A stretch of 64,000 nucleotides of DNA from Octopus sinensis (lineage: Eukaryota): positions 18,414,001 through 18,478,000 of the forward strand of contig NC_042999.1 of assembly GCF_006345805.1 (NCBI RefSeq), in the 5' to 3' direction. The notes beneath the pieces were generated by a model. The model saw only the letters and a list, made by a program, of their open reading frames with translations, was not told the origin of the DNA and ran no database searches. The position numbers and the translations under genes were made by a program. Shown piece after piece: positions 1 through 13,113 of this stretch. Position 1 is the first letter of the stretch. Each line of letters opens with the position of its first letter.

Positions 1-446
1 ATTTATTTTCATTGTCTACTGCTGTGTGTTGAAGATGTCAATTAACGACAGAAACACTAAAACGAATAAACGAGCACAATCTCTGCTTCTGGTCTGAATG
101 GGCCCTGAACTCTATGGATAATAAGAACGAAACTATGTACGTTAAACATGAATACAAAATAAAACACATACACATCATTTACATTATTTACATTTGACAT
201 ATATTTGTCCTCATCATGTTTGCTGTTAATACAATATTTCGGCAGATATACCCTCCGTCTATTTCGTTGTTCACGTGTGAAGCTCACGTTGTCCAGCGTT
301 ATTCATTACTTGCATTTCTTTAACATAAAAGACGTAAAACTTTGCTTTCTCTGATTCATCTCCTTCCTTCGAAATATTTTCCATGATGAAAGATACACTC
401 CGAAACGTTGAATATTCTACCTCACACGGCAATTTCAATGTATATA

Positions 447-862
447 TCTCTTTTATTCTCTTTTACTTGTTTCAGTCATTTGACTGTGGCCATGCTGAAG
501 CACCGCCTTTAGTCGCGCAAATCGACCCCAGGACTTATTCTTTTGTAAGACTAGTACATATTATATCAGTCTCTTTTTTGCAGAACAGCTAGGTTACGAG
601 GACGTAAACACACCAGCATCGATTGTCAAGCGATGTTGCGGGTACAAACACAGACACGCAAACACGCACATACATATATATATACACGCACACATACATA
701 TATGCGACGGGCTTCTTTCAGTTTCCGTCTACCAAATCCACTCACAAGGATTGGGTCGGCCCGAGGCTATAGTAGAATACACTTACCCAAGGTGCCACGC
801 AGTGCGACTGAAACCGGAACCATGTGGTTCGTTAGCAAGCTACTTACCACACAGTCACTCCT
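447..862 (-). mobile_element. tRNA-derived SINE family E (CORE-like 'ccttgggcaagt' box, internal TA/TG microsatellite, (GTAAAAGA)n tail)
   Basis: Near full-length match to copies at 1080-1520, 2095-2500 and 33098-33490; B-box-like GGTTCAGTCC in head. Confidence 0.85.
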
Positions 863-1079
863 TTGTGTATTTTAAGAAATATAAACAAAGACATAAGGAG
901 AAAAGAGATAAATACCAAATGCAGAATGATAGATATTTAGTAACAGTCAAATAATTGAGACGTTATTGTCAGAAATGAAAATATTTTGAAGGAATTTGAA
1001 ACATGATCACCAAAACATACGAGTACAAATAAATTATCAGCAGGGATGATTCAGACGGATAGAAACAAAAGGTAAACAT

Positions 1080-1239
1080 AGGTGTAGGAGTGGCCGTGTA
1101 GTAAGTAGCTTCCTACCAGCCACATGGTTCTGGGTTCAGTCCCACTGCGTGGCACCTTGGGCAAGTGTATAGCCTCGGGCCGACCAAAGCCTTGTGAGTG
1201 GATTTGGTAGACGGAAACTGAAAGAAGCCTGTCGTATAA

Positions 1240-1309
<70 letters not shown>

Positions 1310-1520
1310 TTGTGTGTCTGTGTTTGTCCCCCTGGCATTGCTTGACAACCGATGCTGGTGTGTTTACGTCCACGTAACTTAGCGGTTCGGCTAACGAGAC
1401 CGATAGAATAAGTACTAGGCTTACAAAGAATAAGTCCTGAGGTCGCTTTGTCCGACGAAAAGTTGGTGCTCCAGTATGGCCGCTGTCAAGTGATTGAAAC
1501 AAATAAAAGAGTAAAAGAGT
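1080..1520 (+). mobile_element. SINE family E, full length
   Basis: aggagtggccgtgtagtaag head ... gaaacaaataaaagagtaaaagag tail; multiple copies in window. Confidence 0.9.
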
Positions 1521-2094
1521 ATAATTTGACGAGTTAGAGAAGAATGTACATGTATATAGGTTGACTATTTCTTTCTAGTTGTTGGTTGTAGTAGAACAGT
1601 GTTATTTCATATAAGGCAACGATCTTAAATCCTTATCTGTGTAGGGATGATATTTCTAATGTCAAAACTTTGAACGTAAACACACAAAAAAGACAGCCTG
1701 ACGCACAGACAGATAGCTAGCTAGACAGAAGGAGAGAGAGAGATAAAGATAAAGATAAAGAGATACATATATCATCGTGGTTGTATAATATATAAGTATT
1801 TTTTGTTAAATTGCGAGATAAAATTTTCTTAAGATGGTGAATGAAGAGGTTTATATCGAAATCTATAATTGGCACGCCTACGCGCACGCATACACTCGCA
1901 CAGACACAAACACGCACCAACACATACACACATGCATCCATACATATATATATACACATGTGCGTATGCTTACATTTTGGTCCATACTTGTATGGACGAG
2001 TGTACATGAGCCGTGCAGAGTACGTGAGGGCATTTATGCATCCATATCCGTTAACTCTTATTTGTCATAGTTTTATCGCTATATTTTGCTTACT

Positions 2095-2500
2095 CTCTCT
2101 CTCTTTTACTCTTTTACTTGCTTCAGTCATTTGACTGCGGCCATGCTGGAGCACCACCTTTAGTCGAGCAAATCGACCCCGGGACTTATTCTTTGTTAGC
2201 CCAGTACTTATTCTATCGGTCACTTTTGCCGAACCGCTAAGTTACGGGGACGGAAACACACCAGCATCGGTTGTCAAGCAATGCTAGGGGGACAAACACA
2301 GACATACAAACATACATATATACATATGTATACATATATACGACAGGCTTCTTTCAGTTTCCGTCTACCAAATCCACTCACAAGGCATTGGTCGGCCCGG
2401 GGCTATAGCAGAAGACACTTGCCCAAAATGCTACGTAGTGGGACTGAACCCGGAACCATGCGGTTGGTTAGCAAGCTGCTTACCACACAGCCACTCCTGC
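2095..2500 (-). mobile_element. SINE family E, full length
   Basis: Reverse-complement match to 1080-1520. Confidence 0.9.
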
Positions 2501-2769
2501 TTGTTCGTTTCTTTTGGTATTTGTTATTTTATTTTTGATCTTCTATATAAATGAAATGAGAAGATACATGCCGAACTGCTATTTTAACGAGTTATATATA
2601 TTTATCACTCGAAGAGACACACCTGCACCGTCAGATTCTCCTGAACCAATATTTAAGTATCCTGCTCGTGAGGGAACGATACTAGATGTATCAAAACAAT
2701 TGTCGTGATTAATAAAATTTGTCGTATCGTCCATCTTCTGTGTCTTATTTACCATATATATATATATTT

Positions 2770-2897
2770 TTTCCTCTGTCTTCCCTTCTCGGGATCTTTC
2801 ATTCTCATATGTTTCCGACGTTGTTGTTTTTTTCTTTGTTTTTGTGTTTTCGTTGTTGCTTTCTTTTGTTTTTGTGTTTTCGTGTTTGGATTAACTT

Positions 2898-2900
<3 letters not shown>
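2770..2900 (+). mobile_element. Internally deleted 3' terminus (pLTR fragment) of the Penelope-like family ending at 27612
   Basis: gggatctttc..atgtttccgacg then jumps to ttgttgtttt..tttggattaacttt; flanked by (TA)n; matches 27450-27612 and 36842-37005. Confidence 0.7.
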
Positions 2901-2937
<37 letters not shown>

Positions 2938-3409
2938 ATAATACAGAGAGCAATAATAATAATAAATTATTATTATTACCAGTGGCCTAGCACTAAAAAC
3001 GAATTAGTGATTAGACTATATATTATTCATATAGAAATAAAATAAGAGGGTTCCATATTCAGCTTAAAATATAAAGTACTTTCTTCAGATCAGGAAAGTA
3101 GTTAACATACTTTTTGAAACTTATTTATATGTGCACTATCTAACGTTGTTGAAGATGAAATTTGATTGCCTATCGTAATTTTTATGAATAGCTATCCAAC
3201 AAATTCTTATTACATCCTATCTTGTAAAGATATGATTCAACGATGTTCTATTTGTCATGGCAACATATAAATATATGAACACGCATACATATATATATAT
3301 TTACATACAACATACATACGAATGTGTGTGTGTGAGTTTTAAGTCCTCGAGAAAATTTATTCGTGCATCTATCTTTCTTTAAAGATATTGCAAATTCCTC
3401 CAAAGGTAG

Positions 3410-3905
<496 letters not shown>

Positions 3906-3965
3906 AAACAAGGTAAAAGTGGAAGTTTCCCCATGTATGGAAACATACACGAAAGAGGATTTGAA

Positions 3966-4210
3966 CATGGCCTAGTTTTTAGAGAAGCGGACTCGCGGTC
4001 GAGGGATCACGGGTTCGAATCTCAGTCCGGGCGATGTGTGTGTTAATGAGCGAAACACCTAATTACCACGCGGCTCCGGCAGAAGGTAATGGCGTACTTC
4101 TGCTGACTCTTTCGCCACAACTTTCTCTCACTCTTTCCTCCTGCATCTTGCCTCTCACCTGCGACGGGCCGGCCTCCCGTTCAGGTGAGAAACCTATACG
4201 CCAAGGAAAC
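3966..4210 (+). mobile_element. tRNA-derived SINE family C, 3'-truncated
   Basis: Matches 5424-5727; ggttcgaatc B box. Confidence 0.85.
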
Positions 4211-4389
4211 GCAGCGATCTTTAAAAGATGTTTATTGACTCGATCGGTTTCACTTTAAAAAAAAAACTGGTTTTCAAAAGTAAAGTGTAAGACTTTGTGT
4301 CGCCTTTGTTTGTTATCATAGATGTACTAAAATACAACGATACGGTCTTTCACATTAAACTTGCCGTGAGAAATAGAATATTCAACGTT

Positions 4390-4575
4390 ACAAACATACA
4401 CACACACAAACACACACAGACATGACGGTTTTCTTTCCGTCTATCAAGATCCTCCCACGAGGTTTTGGCCAGCCCGAAGCTATAACAGAAGATAGTTTCC
4501 CAATGTGCTAGGCATCAGAACTGTTTGGGGACTTATGCTGATAGGGGACAAACTCCTTTACCGTACAGCCACAAT
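4390..4575 (-). mobile_element. Degraded SINE family E 5' half
   Basis: Diverged match (tttccgtctatcaa..ggccagcccgaagctata..acagccac). Confidence 0.6.
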
Positions 4576-5000
4576 TACTGGGGAAGAAGATGCGTCTAAT
4601 AATTCACTGCAACGAGACAAAAAATATATGGCTTTCATTTGTAGATATCAGATAATATATATTTCAATAAAACATGTACAGAGGTCGATAGGATGGAGTA
4701 AAATTGTGGTGGATGTTGCCATGGCAGAGCCACCAACTAGATATTGTATAATTAATATAAGTAAAGATAAATGAAGGAAAAGATATATGAGAAAATAATG
4801 ATGTACAAATTATATGAACGATGCAGGGTGGAGAGCAGGTGAAGGTAGATTTTAAATGAAAGAAAAAAGAATAAAGAAAGGAATTGAAACGAACCGTATC
4901 TGGTAAAATATAAGCGTTTGAGAATCTATACTGGAATATAAGTGTTAACAAATACGATTGATTAAAGAGGATAGAAATTGCTTGAGTAGTTTGTAGACGT

Positions 5001-5381
5001 AAGGCGCAATGGCACAGTGGTTAGGGCAGCGGACTTGCGGTCATAGGATCGCGCTTTCGATTGCCAGACCGGGCGTTGTGAGTGTTTATTGGGCAAAAAC
5101 ACCTAAAGCTCCACGAGGATCCGGCAGGGGATGGTGGTGATCCCTGCTGTACTCTTTCACCACAACTTTCTCTCACTCTTACTTCCTGTTTCTCTTGTAC
5201 CTGTATTTCAAAGAGCCGGCCTTGTCACTCTCTGTGTCACGCTGAATATCCCAGAGAACTACGTTAAGGGTACACGTGCCTGTGGAGTGCTCAGCCACTT
5301 ACACGTTAATTTTACGAGCAGGCTGTTCCGTTGATTCGGATCAACCGGAACACTCGTCGTCGTAACCGACGGAGTGCTTCC
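5001..5381 (+). mobile_element. tRNA(Arg-like)-derived SINE family A
   Basis: A/B-box head, 'ctttcaccacaactttctctcactc' body, 'cgtcgtcgtaaccgacggagtgc' tail; matches 42300-42668. Confidence 0.9.
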
Positions 5382-5423
5382 CAAAGTCTGAAGAAGAATT
5401 AAACAACATTATATCATCGTTAA

Positions 5424-5727
5424 GTGGAGGCACATGGCCTAGTGTTTAGAGCAGCGGACTCGCGGTCGAGGGATCACGGGTTCGAATCTCAGACCGAGTG
5501 ATGTGTGTGTTTATGAGCGAAACACCTAAGCTCCACATGGCTCCGGCAGAAGATAATGGCGAACTTCTGCTGACTCTTTCGCCACAACTTTCTCACACTC
5601 TTCCCTCCTGCAATCATGCAGCTCACCTGCGACGGGCCGACGTCCCGTTCAGGTGGGAAACCTATACGCCAAGGAAACCGGGAAACCGGTTCTATGCGCC
5701 AGGCGTGGATCGAGAAGAAACAAACAT
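5424..5727 (+). mobile_element. SINE family C, full length
   Basis: Head and body shared with family A; 3' part 'cctgcgacgg..cccgttcagg..gaaaccggg' resembles V/Meta-SINE central domains; (AAC)n-like tail. Confidence 0.9.
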
Positions 5728-7399
5728 ATCACCATGAAACAAAAATATGAATATTTTTTACTTGACGCGTATATAGTTCTGCGGCATCTAATGCTTTCTG
5801 CATATTAACAATTTGAGGAATATTCTCCAACTGTCTCTCCCACCACGTATGTGTATACATGTGCACACTTGGCGCTGACGTGGAGAAATGGAAAGTGTGT
5901 TCAAGAATGTACTTGATTTATCTACAATTAGAATAAAGGTGTATTATAAATTTCATTTTGTATAAGGAGACATTGCTTACATTTACAAATTATCACCTGC
6001 AGAAGTAAATCATTCCAAAGAATATAGTCTGGTGAAATGAGTATTTGAAATTTGTTTTAGGAACATTTTTAATCAACACGACGGAGAGTAACCGGAAGGA
6101 AAATATTTTCTTGAGAAGATATCATGCCAGAATATGGAATAACACACATGAAAATAAATTATATATGTTAAGATAACAATGGAGCCTTTACATATTCAAT
6201 TGTCTGATTCAGATAGCAGCCTAACCTCTTCATATCTTATCCTAATGTATTACAAAAGGATGGATTATGTGTACGATATAGTTCTAGATATCAAAATAAT
6301 ATCGTTAAACATAGGTGCTGTGTTTGGTGCAATCTAAGTGCAGCTACGTTGACGTACGCGCATGATACTACCAGCTATAAGTAGGAAACCATAATATATT
6401 CATGAATACCAGAGCGTGGGTAGGCAGTGGCTGGTGGTGAAAACGAAAATATTATAGATAGTATATATAAAGAAACGAAACATTTAGAATCAATCTGTAG
6501 TTTTATGAATATTAAAAAGCAATAACAAAACAACAAGACCATAAACAAAATACAAGCAAACCTTGAAACTATAATTGGGACTAGAATATATATTATAATG
6601 AAAACCTAAAATAAAATACATTTTAAATCTCTCGATATATACAAAGAAGTTATGAAGCCGTATAATTTATATAAATCATTAAATGATATTAGATGTTGTT
6701 CACTGTTATTTTCCTATTTTATATGATATTCTTGTGCAAAGAACGTGGAATAAACATAAATCAAAAATGTTGGGATCTACACAGAATTATTGCCATGCAA
6801 GCTAATGTTGTTAACGCTTTGCGTTAGTTTCTCTTGCATTTGACTCGGCTTTAACTGGACTCAGATTTGGAACGTGGGGAAAAAGATTGATGCTTTGGAA
6901 ACAAGAACATACTTTAGATTGTTCCAGGATCAGATTGCTCACCGTATCAATGCATATTTATTTGCAACAGATATATATTGAATTGGCAATTTTCTAATTT
7001 AGCTTGCTGTCTAGATGTGATACCATTTTACGGTATTAAGGTACTTAAGCTGCGGCATCAATTATTATCGGCAGATAATAAAGACAATGTTCGGATATAT
7101 ATAATAGTTTAATAACGAATGACTTCAGTCAACATAGGATGAATGAAAACTAAAGGTATGGTATTACGATATATATATAGAGGTATGGCATTCTCGTTGT
7201 GAATAATTTACTTCATGGAACTGGGTAACAAAATGCAGCCCCACTTATAAGGAAACGTAAAATCATTAGCCGTAAACAATAGCGTTTATATTTTAATGCA
7301 TAAGATATGTACAGTAATACGGCACTTTCTGAAGACCCACATTAGGCAGCCCGAGTTTGCGAGTTTTCTTCTTCAAGCACAAATTCCAAATTTTGTACG

Positions 7400-7858
7400 A
7401 AGTGCAAAAGTTACTACTACCATAATAAATGCCTCTGCGTGTTACCGAGAAATTGATAGAGAGCGAAAAAAAGTGTCTTCTAAGCAAACAACTCTGAACT
7501 TGTTTTTTGAAAAGAAATCTACAAGTCCGTCTACGAGTGCTTGCGAATCGGTGATCGCGTCTGCAACTAATGGTGCGCGCCAATCAAGTGCGAGGGAAAG
7601 TAGTTCACAACATAAATAATAATATTTTTTATCATAAATGATCTTGCAATTCTTTCTACTTTAAGTAAAATATTCTTTGCATTCTTTTATTGCTATTTAT
7701 TTTACGAGTTTTATAAATTGTATATGAAAAATATTTTTCTGGGTACGAATTACGATTCATGACATTGCTACAATGGGAAACTATTGCTCTGCTTTACGAT
7801 TTTTCGCTTCGCGAGCGGTCTCCAGGAACAAATTAACTCATATATCGAGAGATTACTA
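7400..7858 (+). mobile_element. pogo/Tigger-like DNA transposon 3' relic (transposase C-terminus plus terminal repeat)
   Basis: Translation ACYREIDRERKK..KQTTLNLFF is typical of Tigger/pogo C-termini; terminus ggaacaaattaactc..cgagagattacta followed by TA; partial second copy at 16855-17060. Confidence 0.65.
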
Positions 7859-7859
7859 T

Positions 7860-8100
7860 ATATGTCTGTGAATGTGTGTGCGTGGGTGTGTGTTTGTGTT
7901 TGTCCTACTGCATCGCTTGTCAACTGATGCTGGTGAGTTTATGTCTTCGTATATTAGTCTATCGGCAAGACCGTCATAATAAATCTTAGGCTTAGAAAGA
8001 ATAGGTCCTGGGGTGGATGTCTTCGACTATCAACCCTTTAAGGCGGTGCTTCATCATGGGCGCAGTCATATGACTGAAACAAGTAAAAGAATAAAAGAAT
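7860..8100 (+). mobile_element. SINE family E, 3' half, diverged
   Basis: Matches 1300-1520. Confidence 0.75.
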
Positions 8101-8700
8101 ATATATGTACATATTTGTATGATATTTCACGTGATACAAATTATATTCATGATGTATTGAGAGCATATTCGCTACCAGGGAAAGTGAAATAACTGTCTGA
8201 GATTAATGCCTGCAGTGCCTATAAATTTGTAAGTCTTTTCTTTGCATGAGTCAAGGATGGCAAGCATACATAGTGATGGCACCTATAAAAGCGGAATCTC
8301 CTATCAGCGTATTTGCTTCTCTCTCAGACACAAGACTTTCTTCTATTGAATTTCATTTCAAGTATCAGCTGGTCATAAATCCGTTCAGGAGAAAATTTAA
8401 CCGCTCTCGCAAATCAAAGAGGGTTCCATTAGATAGGATATTCCCATGGGTGCTAATTAACATTCATTTTCTTTTATAGTTATTGGAATTCTTTAAAACT
8501 TTTTATCATCTCGTTATTGGGGCTTATTATTAATCTAAAATATAGGTATAATCAATTCTAACCAGTTCTTCGTGGCACCATGATGACTAAAGGGACTCAA
8601 TATGCGTGCATACATACGTGCATACATATAAATATATTTCTATGTGTATATATTCATATATATGTGTGTGTGTGTGTACATGTATATGCATATATATATA

Positions 8701-8771
<71 letters not shown>

Positions 8772-8793
8772 ATGTTACATTACTCGGTAGTCA

Positions 8794-8856
8794 AGATAAA
8801 ACTCTGAGTTTCAGATGCCGAAGTGGAAATCCACAACACCATCTCTTCGGTTATCT
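8794..8856 (-). ncRNA. Type I hammerhead ribozyme-like motif in left pLTR
   Basis: AGAUAA | CCGAAGA | GAUG..CAUC(U) | GAAACUCAGAGUU | UUAUCU; perfect 6-bp stem I. Confidence 0.7.
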
Positions 8857-9050
8857 GGCTATTTGAAAACGTTATGAAAAAATACCGTTAAAAATGAAGG
8901 GAAATTACTCTGTTATAACTCTGCTTTGCCTGCGTACTTATACATCGCTCGCATTTTTCGTCATAAAAATTATATAAAAATACATAAAAATATATAAAAA
9001 TATATAGAAATATATAAAATCTTCTTGGGACATAACACAGAAAGCATGTT

Positions 9051-11110
9051 CTATCCGTTTTCTTTAGGGGACCAAAAACGTAAGAGAAATTTAGTCACAT
9101 GTGGGCATGATCCGAAAAGCTCTGTCCTTGTATTTAGACATGTGGTAGGGTCTAAGCTGCTTTTCCAGATAAGCCATCTCTCCATGTCGCATAAACCGCA
9201 CCTTCCGCTGCCGTTAGTGTAGGGCTTACATCTGGCCAAAATCTTCCATTGTATGTTATAATCGACACCTTTATCTCTTAAAGACCAAATATGATTGGAT
9301 AATTGTGTCGCTTTTCTTTTGTTCCAGTGCCCAAAGCTCAAAGTGTGGTTATTGAACCTGGCCTTGAAATTACCCTCTGTCAGGCCCACGTATTTCTTCG
9401 TCGAAACGGTGTCTTTAGTGGTTATAGAGTTTACGGTAGCTTCATATATGATGGTCTTGGACATGCAAGCTCCATTTAGCGGGCACAATTCTTTATTCCT
9501 GCATGAACAGCTGTTTTCTTCTTGTGTTTTTTGTATGTTATGATTGATTATGTTTTTGAAATTGGTAGTTGAACTAAAACTAATTTTTAAATTGTGTCTA
9601 TTGAAGAGTTTCCTATAAGCATGGTTAACTGGAAAATGTCTATCTATCAGTGCTAGGAAATATTTACCTATATTGAAGGCCACCTCGGGTGAGTAAGGGG
9701 GCGTAAACCAGATGACCTTCCTATTTCTATTATTCCTTTTCCTTACTGTTGGGCTGGTGATAGGTGTATATTTTATTTTTTCGCTAAAACCACTATCTTT
9801 TAAAGCTTTATTATAAACTGGGGCAACGCTATTGAAGATGTCCTCATTGGATGAGAGGCTAGAAATCCTCTTACTAATATTTTTAACTAAATTTTTGAAT
9901 ACTATAGGGGGATGGCATGAACCTACATTAATATAACTTAGTCTATCATTGGGCTTCCTATAAGGCTTATAAATATTATTATTAAGATCTAAGGAAACGT
10001 CTAAGAAATTGACAACCGTCAGGTTAGTGTCTATAGTTATACTAAGTCCGAAGTGTTTCATTAACTGGATAATATCCTTCCTAAAACGATCTTGTGCTGG
10101 TCCATTTGTATTAGCTGTTAAGGCGAGGGCATCATCTTTGTAGATGGCGAAATGTACGTTACGGAATGTCTTACCGAAGGTATCTAGGAGAAAGAGTCCA
10201 ATTAGATCACAGATGCCTGCCCCATCATATGAACCCATGCTCACATCGAAAGCGCCCTCCGTGTCGGTGTTTTTTACCCACTTTGCATTCTCACTGAAAA
10301 GTAATGTCTTTCTAGCATGGAAGATTATATCCTTATCATTGGTACTAATTTCTATGAAGTCACTAGCGAAGATTAGGGCTTTATCTAGCAGTTCTTTAGA
10401 GATAGAGGCATAAAAATCAACAATATCGAATTGTGTAAACCTCGCTTTTTTCTTATTCTTAATAGCTTTAAACCAGTCTACGACTTCTATACTATTGGAC
10501 CATTGCACTAGCCTAGTATCGGTCTTAATTTTCGTATTTATTCTATCTAAAATTTCTTTGCTAATAATCCCTAGTTCTGACTTGGCTGGGTTGATAAGCC
10601 TACATTTAGGGTTGGAAAGGAAGTTTTCTTTGTGATCTTTAATAGTAATAAAGGCCTCTTTTTGGGGGAGGGTTTCTATTTTTTTATCTAATTTAAGTTT
10701 AGCGGCGATGACGCTAGCTTCTTTATTAATTTCGTTATATGTCTGTGCCCTAGCCTTAGTATAATTATTAGTAATGCTGTTGTGTAAGAGTTGTGTGTAT
10801 TTGCTGTTATCTACCAGGTATAAGTTCTTGGTTTTATCCGAAAAAAGTGCTTTTTTCTTGGAGCTTTTTATATGATCAATATCTATTTTCAATTTATGTT
10901 GGAAATTGTTAAAAGACTTACGAAACTTTATTTTGCTCATGATCTTCAGCAGGTCCGCTTCGAAATCTTCCAAGCCTTTAATCCTAGGAGGAAATTTTTT
11001 GGATTTTATCCGATAGAAAATGTTTTCCTTGGTGTTCGCTTCTGTGTCAAAAAAGAAAGCCTTCCATCTCATACGCTTAATTACATCAGTAATTTTTTGC
11101 AGAAGTTTCT
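9051..11110 (-). CDS. Penelope-like reverse transcriptase + GIY-YIG endonuclease, 5'-truncated (frame stays open upstream of M at 11072 to the inversion junction)
   Basis: RT motifs FDIVDFY, MGSYDGA, YKDD, NFLDV; CSCR..CPL..C linker; IIY..YVG..R..H..CGLC endonuclease; upstream in-frame KKLLQKITDVIKR-MRWKA. Confidence 0.95.
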
Positions 11111-12484
11111 TATTGTTGATTTTTATGCCTCTATCTCTAAAGAACTGCTAGATAAAGCCCTAATCTTCGCTAGTGACTTCATAGAAATTAGTACCAATGA
11201 TAAGGATATAATCTTCCATGCTAGAAAGACATTACTTTTCAGTGAGAATGCAAAGTGGGTAAAAAACACCGACACGGAGGGCGCTTTCGATGTGAGCATG
11301 GGTTCATATGATGGGGCAGGCATCTGTGATCTAATTGGACTCTTTCTCCTAGATACCTTCGGTAAGACATTCCGTAACGTACATTTCGCCATCTACAAAG
11401 ATGATGCCCTCGCCTTAACAGCTAATACAAATGGACCAGCACAAGATCGTTTTAGGAAGGATATTATCCAGTTAATGAAACACTTCGGACTTAGTATAAC
11501 TATAGACACTAACCTGACGGTTGTCAATTTCTTAGACGTTTCCTTAGATCTAATAATAATATTTATAAGCCTTATAGGAAGCCCAATGATAGACTAAGTT
11601 ATATTAATGTAGGTTCATGCCATCCCCCTATAGTATTCAAAAATTTAGTTAAAAATATTAGTAAGAGGATTTCTAGCCTCTCATCCAATGAGGACATCTT
11701 CAATAGCGTTGCCCCAGTTTATAATAAAGCTTTAAAAGATAGTGGTTTTAGCGAAAAAATAAAATATACACCTATCACCAGCCCAACAGTAAGGAAAAGG
11801 AATAATAGAAATAGGAAGGTCATCTGGTTTACGCCCCCTTACTCACCCGAGGTGGCCTTCAATATAGGTAAATATTTCCTAGCACTGATAGATAGACATT
11901 TTCCAGTTAACCATGCTTATAGGAAACTCTTCAATAGACACAATTTAAAAATTAGTTTTAGTTCAACTACCAATTTCAAAAACATAATCAATCATAACAT
12001 ACAAAAAACACAAGAAGAAAACAGCTGTTCATGCAGGAATAAAGAATTGTGCCCGCTAAATGGAGCTTGCATGTCCAAGACCATCATATATGAAGCTACC
12101 GTAAACTCTATAACCACTAAAGACACCGTTTCGACGAAGAAATACGTGGGCCTGACAGAGGGTAATTTCAAGGCCAGGTTCAATAACCACACATTGAGCT
12201 TTGGGCACTGGAACAAAAGAAAAGCGACACAATTATCCAATCATATTTGGTCTTTAAGAGATAAAGGTGTCGATTATAACATACAATGGAAGATTTTGGC
12301 CAGATGTAAGCCCTACACTAACGGCAGCGGAAGGTGTGGTTTATGCGACATGGAGAGATGGCTTATCTGGAAAAGCAGCTTAGACCCTACCACATGTCTA
12401 AATACAAGGACAGAGCTTTTCGGATCATGCCCACATGTGACTAAATTTCTCTTACGTTTTTGGTCCCCTAAAGAAAACGGATAG
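11111..12484 (+). pseudogene. Inverted second copy of the RT-EN 3' two-thirds, with a 1-nt frameshift near 11551
   Basis: Starts at IVDFYAS; gatctaat versus gatcttaat in the left arm; remainder identical in protein. Confidence 0.92.
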
Positions 12485-12678
12485 AACATGCTTTCTGTGT
12501 TATGTCCCAAGAAGATTTTATATATTTTTATGTATTTTTATATATTTTTATGTATTTTTATATAATTTTTATGACGAAAAATGCGAGCGATGTATAAGTA
12601 CGCAGGCAAAGCAGAGTTATAACAGAGTAATTTCCCTTCATTTTTAACGGTATTTTTTCATAACGTTTTCAAATAGCC

Positions 12679-12741
12679 AGATAACCGAAGAGATGGTGTT
12701 GTGGATTTCCACTTCGGCATCTGAAACTCAGAGTTTTGTCT
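12679..12741 (+). ncRNA. Type I hammerhead ribozyme-like motif in right pLTR
   Basis: Mirror of 8794-8856 with one A>G change giving a G-U pair in stem I. Confidence 0.7.
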
Positions 12742-12836
12742 TGACTACCGAGTAATGTAACATATTGTATAGATAAATTTCCTCTATTACATAATATTGA
12801 GGTCTCTTTCTTTCTTTTGTTATCTTACCGTTTTAT

Positions 12837-12893
<57 letters not shown>

Positions 12894-12910
12894 CATATAT
12901 ACATATATAT

Positions 12911-13074
12911 AAAATTAGAACAAAAAACATCTTTTATCAATTAAAAATGAACAATTAAATTACATCATCTAGAAAATTACATATAATAGAAATATCAAAA
13001 TTAAAATAACAATAAAATGTCAATGATTAAGTAAATTTCCAAACAATAATGAAAAAAACGTGTGTATATATATA

Positions 13075-13113
<39 letters not shown>

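Larger units (their letters stand above)
8766..12840. mobile_element. Penelope-like retroelement (Naiad-like) as head-to-head inverted duplication in (TA)n
   Basis: Arms 8766-10425 and 11111-12770 are reverse complements (I counted ~5 substitutions and 1 indel by eye); 685 bp spacer; (TA)n on both sides. Confidence 0.95.

Noticed and set aside
5001-5075. tRNA genes at SINE heads (also 17510, 42600, 56120)
   Set aside because: No acceptor-stem closure; each continues into a SINE body, some with TSDs.
9051-11110. Selenoprotein-type Naiad (in-frame UGA plus SECIS)
   Set aside because: No in-frame TGA in the retained ORF, which ends in TAG; no SECIS recognised.
10872-11597. 241-aa plus-strand ORF as a novel fusion protein
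   Set aside because: Chance antisense frame in the spacer running into the inverted RT copy and ending after the frameshift.
8766-12770. DNA transposon with giant TIRs
   Set aside because: The arms are RT/EN coding sequence and the ends are asymmetric.
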